This document shows positions 59,087-64,000 of a DNA stretch of 64,000 nucleotides, one piece after another. A program made the position numbers and the translations under genes. The stretch spans positions 108,283-172,282 of the forward strand of contig MEUZ01000007.1 in NCBI GenBank assembly GCA_001772615.1. The letters are read 5' to 3'. Numbering within the stretch: the stretch's first letter is position 1; every line of letters begins with the position of its first letter. This DNA is from a candidate division WWE3 bacterium RIFCSPHIGHO2_01_FULL_40_23. Lineage in GTDB: Bacteria; Patescibacteriota; WWE3; UBA101185; 2-01-FULL-41-18. The notes beneath the pieces are model-generated. The model ran no database searches and was not told the DNA's origin. It saw only the letters and a program-made list of their open reading frames with translations.

Positions 59087-60067
59087 ATGTCAAAAACTTT
59101 CTTTGCAAAACTCCTGCTCCTTCTTTTATGCATCATTTCCTTATGGTTTATTTCCTCCGCGGTCACAAGAAGGAACCTTTCTCAATCGATAAATGATGCC
59201 TCAAAAGACAAAGAACTTCTTATTGCTAAACTAGCAGCAAAAGCGCTTGAAGATAAATTCAGCCTGACTGCGGTAAAAATCCAGACTCTTTCCAGGCTTC
59301 CCGAAATTAAAGAAGGGGACAAAAGCGAATGTGAGGAGATTCTAAAATCCCTTACACAAGGGAGTGATGAAACTCTCTTAAGAGCTGATGAGAAAGGCGC
59401 GGTTAACTGCTCTTCCAACTCGGAGCTTTTTGACCCTGACGCTGTGAAACTTAACCCCAAACTTAGTGAGTTCTATAAAGACCCAATACCCTCCGGCGCC
59501 CTTGTAAAGTCTTTTATAACCGACATAAGCTCGGAACCAGCATTTTTAATCCTCTACCCTATTTCTGACAACGAAGGTGATTTTAACGGAATTCTAGGGG
59601 CAGTCCTTCCATACGACAAGCTCTTTAATAAATACCTTGAAGCCATAAACACCAATAAGGGGGGAAGCGTGTCTATCCAAGATCAGGAAGGCTTAATAAT
59701 TTATCACCAAAGCAAGGCCTTTGCAGGCAAAAACTTCTGGTCGGAGGAGATCCAGAATACCATCACCCAAAGGGAAGCCTTAAATACAGCGATCAAGGAA
59801 GTCGCTTCAGGAAATAAGAAAGATACTTTCTTGAACCATAAAGAAGGTGATAAAGAGCTCATCACCGTAATTGCTTCATCAGAGATATTTCCCAATACAA
59901 GACTTCTTGTTGTGTCCTCAATCCCTTCAGACGGCATAGAAAAAAGTGTAATGAACCTTAATGTGGGTACTGGCCTTAACCTTCTTGCAATCCTTATGGC
60001 GGCCGTAACTATTCTTATTATCATCTCATTTGTGATGTACGTAAGAAAGATGAATGAGGCCATATAA
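59087..60067 (+). CDS. Cache-domain membrane protein lacking a cytoplasmic output domain
   Basis: TM, extracellular dCache-like region (GDFNGILGA, DQEGLIIYH), TM, then stop. Confidence 0.7.
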   Translation: MSKTFFAKLLLLLLCIISLWFISSAVTRRNLSQSINDASKDKELLIAKLAAKALEDKFSLTAVKIQTLSRLPEIKEGDKSECEEILKSLTQGSDETLLRADEKGAVNCSSNSELFDPDAVKLNPKLSEFYKDPIPSGALVKSFITDISSEPAFLILYPISDNEGDFNGILGAVLPYDKLFNKYLEAINTNKGGSVSIQDQEGLIIYHQSKAFAGKNFWSEEIQNTITQREALNTAIKEVASGNKKDTFLNHKEGDKELITVIASSEIFPNTRLLVVSSIPSDGIEKSVMNLNVGTGLNLLAILMAAVTILIIISFVMYVRKMNEAI

Positions 60068-61253
60068 ACATCACTTTTCAACGCTGCTTCATTTACCCCG
60101 CCGGCCAAGCGAGTTCCTCTCGCTTCTCTACTTAGTCGCTGTGATCAGAAACCTGGTCTTTATTCTTCTCAATTTGTTTCTTCCCATCTTTGTTTTTAAG
60201 ATCTTTCTTGAACTGGGATCTTCTGAAAAGGAGGCGCTTATTTTAATTGGACTTACCTTTCTTTACTTTCAAACGGTTCACGGGATTTTGACTTTTGCGG
60301 TATCTAAAGTTATTTCTCACTACGGGACCAAGGTTGGTTTTATTATAGGTCAGGTAGCTCTGTCCGGCTCTCTATATATGTTATTTCACTCCAAAAGTCT
60401 TGAAGGCGTATTTGCAAGTTTCCTTATTTGGGCCGTCGCGGCGGCATTTTACTGGATTTCATATCACACTTTCTTTCTTGAAATGGGAAAACCGGGCAAA
60501 TTTGGCGAGGAGCTTGGCCTTGTTGAGATGTTAACAATCCTCACAGGCTTAACTGCCCCAGCCCTCACAGGAGCTCTTATAGCCTTAAAGGGTCCCCAAA
60601 TCTTATTTACCGTCTGCGTTCTCCTTATTCTGGTAACTCTAGTCCTTATTCTTTTAGTTAAAGACAATCAAAAACTTGGCTCTGTCGGACTTAAAACGAC
60701 TCTGTTGGATATCCGCGGTAACAAAAGAGACTTCATTAGCTTCATTGGAGCCGGAGGGCAGGAAATTATATACTCTGTAGCCTGGCCTCTTATCCTTTTT
60801 GCAGTCTTTAAAAACTATCTTGAAGTTGGAATTATTGCCTCAATTATCCTTTTGACAAGCGGTTTGACCTCATTTTTTGTCGGAAAGTTAAGTGACCACG
60901 TAAACAAAGTGAGTATTGAAAAAATAGGCTCGGCGGTTATTTCGGCAACCTTTATTGGAAGGGTTTTTTTCCAGACTCCCCTTTCCTTATATGCTTTAGA
61001 CTCAATTTATAAGATTTTCTCCTCCGCGTTTAACCTTCCTCTTGAGGCTTTAGCTTATACAAAAGCCGTAGACGGAGACAAGGTAAGGTATATTGTCTTT
61101 AGGGAGCTTGGTTATAAAGCGGGTGGGATTCTTGGAATGGTTTCTTTCCTTGTGGTTTTATACCTTGGGCTGTCATTTTGGTGGACATTTGCCTTCGCGG
61201 CTTTATTTTCTCTGCTTCCTATGGCCGCAAGGCAAAAGAATTTTGAAGCCTAA
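60054..61253 (+). CDS. MFS transporter
   Basis: About 12 TM segments and a GKLSDH loop motif. Confidence 0.8.
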   Translation: MRPYKHHFSTLLHLPRRPSEFLSLLYLVAVIRNLVFILLNLFLPIFVFKIFLELGSSEKEALILIGLTFLYFQTVHGILTFAVSKVISHYGTKVGFIIGQVALSGSLYMLFHSKSLEGVFASFLIWAVAAAFYWISYHTFFLEMGKPGKFGEELGLVEMLTILTGLTAPALTGALIALKGPQILFTVCVLLILVTLVLILLVKDNQKLGSVGLKTTLLDIRGNKRDFISFIGAGGQEIIYSVAWPLILFAVFKNYLEVGIIASIILLTSGLTSFFVGKLSDHVNKVSIEKIGSAVISATFIGRVFFQTPLSLYALDSIYKIFSSAFNLPLEALAYTKAVDGDKVRYIVFRELGYKAGGILGMVSFLVVLYLGLSFWWTFAFAALFSLLPMAARQKNFEA

Positions 61254-61552
61254 TGAGTTCCCCTGCCAAAAAGCTTTCTTAACTCGTCCTTTGATTTTTC
61301 AAGCACCTTCAGCCGACTTTTAGGAAGGCCTTTCCCCGCTCTATTTATATAAAAGTTAAGCATTGACATAGCTGACTGAAAGGATGAGACTTTTCTTCTC
61401 TTACTATCGTCAGCCGATCTTTTTAGCGATTTTGCAACTTTTAGAGGGTCGCTAAAGGTAAAGACCCCTTTCTCAAGGTCAAGCGCGTTACTGTTTTTGG
61501 TTACACCAGCCGACCAGTATTTTCTACTTTTCCTACCAGTTTGTGTTGTCAT
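61250..61552 (-). CDS. DUF3175-family protein
   Basis: WSAGVT..SNALDLE.GVF, SAMSMLNFYINRAGK and ELRKLFGR. Confidence 0.85.
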   Translation of the reverse strand: MTTQTGRKSRKYWSAGVTKNSNALDLEKGVFTFSDPLKVAKSLKRSADDSKRRKVSSFQSAMSMLNFYINRAGKGLPKSRLKVLEKSKDELRKLFGRGTH

Positions 61553-61621
61553 ATGTGAAAGCTTGCTCTCTGCTTCATTAATGGCTGTGCCAAGTTAAAC
61601 TTGCGAAAGCAAGTTTTTACG

Positions 61622-61698
61622 TGGTCGGGGTGCTCGGACTTGAACCGAGAACCTCTGCGTCCCGAACGCAGCGCGCTAGCCAATTGCGCCACACCCCG
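61622..61698 (-). tRNA. tRNA-Pro(CGG)
   Basis: CGGGGTG/CACCCCG acceptor, loop TTCGGGA, GGTTCAAGTCC, encoded CCA. Confidence 0.95.
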
Positions 61699-61871
61699 TC
61701 AAACGGACTGGCCTTGTGGTTCATCATTATCAACTCTGCATATGATAGGCTACCACAGTTTTTATTATATCCCACCCATCAAACATTCGAAAACGATAGG
61801 AACTATATAAGTGTACTATAACGACAAATTAATAACTTATAGATATCTGACTTGCTCTTCTTTAGCAGCAT

Positions 61872-61913
61872 ATGCATAGGTTAAGCAATGCATAGGCATT
61901 AGATATGCATAGG
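61872..61913 (+). repeat. Three direct ATGCATAGG repeats
   Basis: Copies start at 61872, 61888 and 61905; related copies at 63450 (inverted) and 63514. Confidence 0.75.
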
Positions 61914-62379
61914 TTGCTGACCCAACAACCAAAGCCGATTTTAGTGTGTACTCTTGTACTCATTTTGCCCTATCAAGCGAAGGCACATCCACAAAACCAA
62001 ATATCTTATATAACATTTCTTATAAGCCTAATGGTAGAACGCTTAAAAAACAGCTAAAGTTCTGAATGACTCCTTAGGGAGTCCGGAAAACAGAACCCCG
62101 CTAGTGGCCCTGCCATAGTCTGTCAAGGGTACCACACAGAAATCAAAATGTACCTTCAAAGAAGGATTCTCGCAGCCATTGCCTTGTATCTACGAATTAA
62201 TACTTTATAGCAATGGCGAGAGGAAGGGGCTGCGTGGCTGATGAGTTAACAGTTCTGTAACGTACCGCAAGATCCCGTGCCTTCAAGAAGGTATATTTTG
62301 ATTTCTGCTTTAAACCTCGTACGTCTCACGCAGGATACCCTGTATAAGTGACCTATGTACAAGCTTTCAAAGGCTCTGG

Positions 62380-63339
62380 TTAAAGCCTTATGTAACTTAC
62401 CGACCTGCCTTTACCGCTAGTTATAAGAAGGCCTAAAGAGGCAAGTTTAGCAAGGTCTCTGGAAGCCGTTATCTGTGATATCCTAAACATCCCCCGCACC
62501 TTCCGGTTTGTAATTGAAACCCCCGGTTGTTCAAGATATTCCATAATCCCCTTCTGCCTGTCGTTTAAGGCAAAATAAGCCGAGTGTACACTCTTAATAA
62601 AACTTAATTGCCTGACGGTCTCAAATGATTTTTCAGCCTGCAAAAGGAAGGATGAAGCAAAGTATTCAAGCCAGTAGGTAAGACTTCCCGAAACGGCCGC
62701 ACTTTCATACGCCTGGCTGAAAGAAACAAGGTCTTTTTTAAAGTGCTCCTCAAGGCACAAGAAACCCCTAAAATCATACCCATGCTTATACAGAAACAAA
62801 AGTGCTAGAAGCCTTGAAATCCTTCCGTTCCCCTCCTCAAAGGGCTTTATCCTTAAAATTTGCGCCATGGCTACCCCCGCCTGCACCACCGGGTGGTCAT
62901 TTCCCTTTTCCAGATATGAGAGAAAATGCTCAACTGACTCTTGCGCCTCACGCGCGCGAAATTTCTTCAACTTTCGCCCTAAAGGGCTAAAAAGCAGTCT
63001 ATGAACTTCCTCTACATCTTCCCCCGTGACGGGATCAGTTGAAGCAAGCCATTCATAACCTATAAGGCTTAAAGCATTTCTGTAAGCTAGGACGTTATAG
63101 TCATCCCGCATTACTTTCCCCCTACCCGCGTTAGTTAAAATCTTGATCACATCTTGTCTCGTTATGGAGCTTTTGGTAAGGGCCAAAGACCAATAAATTC
63201 TGTTAACGGTAAAATCCCATTTTAACCTTAGTTCATTTTCCGGAGATATTGGGGTCAAAAGTATCTCCCTGCGGATCGTTTCTATCCGATCAAGAAGTTC
63301 TATAAGTTTTGACGAAACATTGTAGGATAAAAGAAGCAT
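62380..63339 (-). CDS. Fic-domain protein with C-terminal HTH (non-canonical active site)
   Basis: IKPFEEGNGRISR, and LNDRQ...ITASRDLAKL wHTH. Confidence 0.85.
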   Translation of the reverse strand: MLLLSYNVSSKLIELLDRIETIRREILLTPISPENELRLKWDFTVNRIYWSLALTKSSITRQDVIKILTNAGRGKVMRDDYNVLAYRNALSLIGYEWLASTDPVTGEDVEEVHRLLFSPLGRKLKKFRAREAQESVEHFLSYLEKGNDHPVVQAGVAMAQILRIKPFEEGNGRISRLLALLFLYKHGYDFRGFLCLEEHFKKDLVSFSQAYESAAVSGSLTYWLEYFASSFLLQAEKSFETVRQLSFIKSVHSAYFALNDRQKGIMEYLEQPGVSITNRKVRGMFRISQITASRDLAKLASLGLLITSGKGRSVSYIRL

Positions 63340-63540
63340 CCCAATCCCAACTCAAAACTTATCATATACTAGTCATTAAAGCAACATTTCTTAAAAGCTT
63401 GTTATCAGAACTAAAAACACTCAACCGGATAAGATTAGGATAAGCTTTGCCTATGCATTGGTTAACTATTGACTAGGTAGGTTTAGTGTGATGTAATTAA
63501 GAAAAGATAAGTATTGCATAGGTAATTTGCAACACTGTAA

Positions 63541-64000
63541 ATGAAAAAGAACCTGCCCGACAAACCCCATAAAGATAAAAAACTTGTATCCATAGGCGAA
63601 GCTGTGGATATTTTAGGTGTTTCCATTGACACTTTAAGAAGATGGGACAAAAACGGTACTCTAAAGTCAGTAAGACCCGATGGCAAAAACAGATTCTTCC
63701 CGCTTGAAGACATAGAAAACCTCAAATTTTCAAAACCTCTCTCCATCGGTGAAGCCTCAAAACAGCTTGATCTTTCAACATCAACGTTAAGAAGGCTTGA
63801 AGAAAAAGGTTTTATAGAACCTATAAGAAACAAAGCCGGGGAAAGATTGTACACAAAAGACTCTCTTGATAGATTCCTCCACTCCGAATATTACCTAAGA
63901 CAGAAACAAGTTGAGGAAAAAATACTTGAACCTCTTAAAAAACCCGAAGAAGTTACCGAAACTTCGTCCGTTACGGGGCCGAAAATAAACCCGAAGACTA
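63541..64000 (+). CDS. Protein with tandem N-terminal MerR-type HTH domains, continues beyond window
   Basis: Manual translation SIGEAVDILGVSIDTLRRWD and SIGEASKQLDLSTSTLRRLE. Confidence 0.85.
   Translation, partial: MKKNLPDKPHKDKKLVSIGEAVDILGVSIDTLRRWDKNGTLKSVRPDGKNRFFPLEDIENLKFSKPLSIGEASKQLDLSTSTLRRLEEKGFIEPIRNKAGERLYTKDSLDRFLHSEYYLRQKQVEEKILEPLKKPEEVTETSSVTGPKINPKT

Noticed and set aside
62237-62268. Hammerhead ribozyme (CUGAUGA plus stem)
   Set aside because: The required GAAA after stem II is GUAC, and stems I and III are not evident.
1-64000. Alternative genetic code (UGA or UAG recoding)
   Set aside because: Core genes translate fully in code 11 and end in TGA (rplK) or TAG (rplA, mreB), and tRNA-Trp has a CCA anticodon.

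Overview
A 64 kb chromosomal window using the standard genetic code. Gene content and REP-like palindromes suggest a Patescibacteria/CPR organism; this is inferred from gene content, not from a database search. The backbone is the conserved tRNA-Thr/Tyr/Thr, rpmG, tRNA-Trp, secE, nusG, rplK, rplA, rplJ, rplL cluster, followed by two secreted metallophosphoesterase paralogues, a glycogen cluster (2x glgA, 2x GH57, GalT-like), mreB, a sortase, tRNA-Pro, a Fic protein and a MerR-HTH protein. About 29 kb of accessory DNA separates tRNA-Trp from secE. Within it is a ~16 kb minus-strand unit (about 13.1-29.25 kb). It starts at a perfect TTGACA-17-TATAAT promoter divergent from a TrmB regulator and carries boxA-like sites, several kb of structured non-coding DNA and a repeated leader hairpin. 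It encodes an Arg/Ala-rich protein, a tandem Csx15-like protein, an ATPase-Csx3 fusion, a third ring-nuclease-like gene, a MoxR/vWA pair and an 895-aa putative RNA-binding protein, with no cas genes or CRISPR array in the window. A second standout lies between rplJ and rplL: a 71-nt tmRNA-TLD-like RNA (G3:U70, encoded CCA) next to a separately promoted sRNA that is complementary to it.
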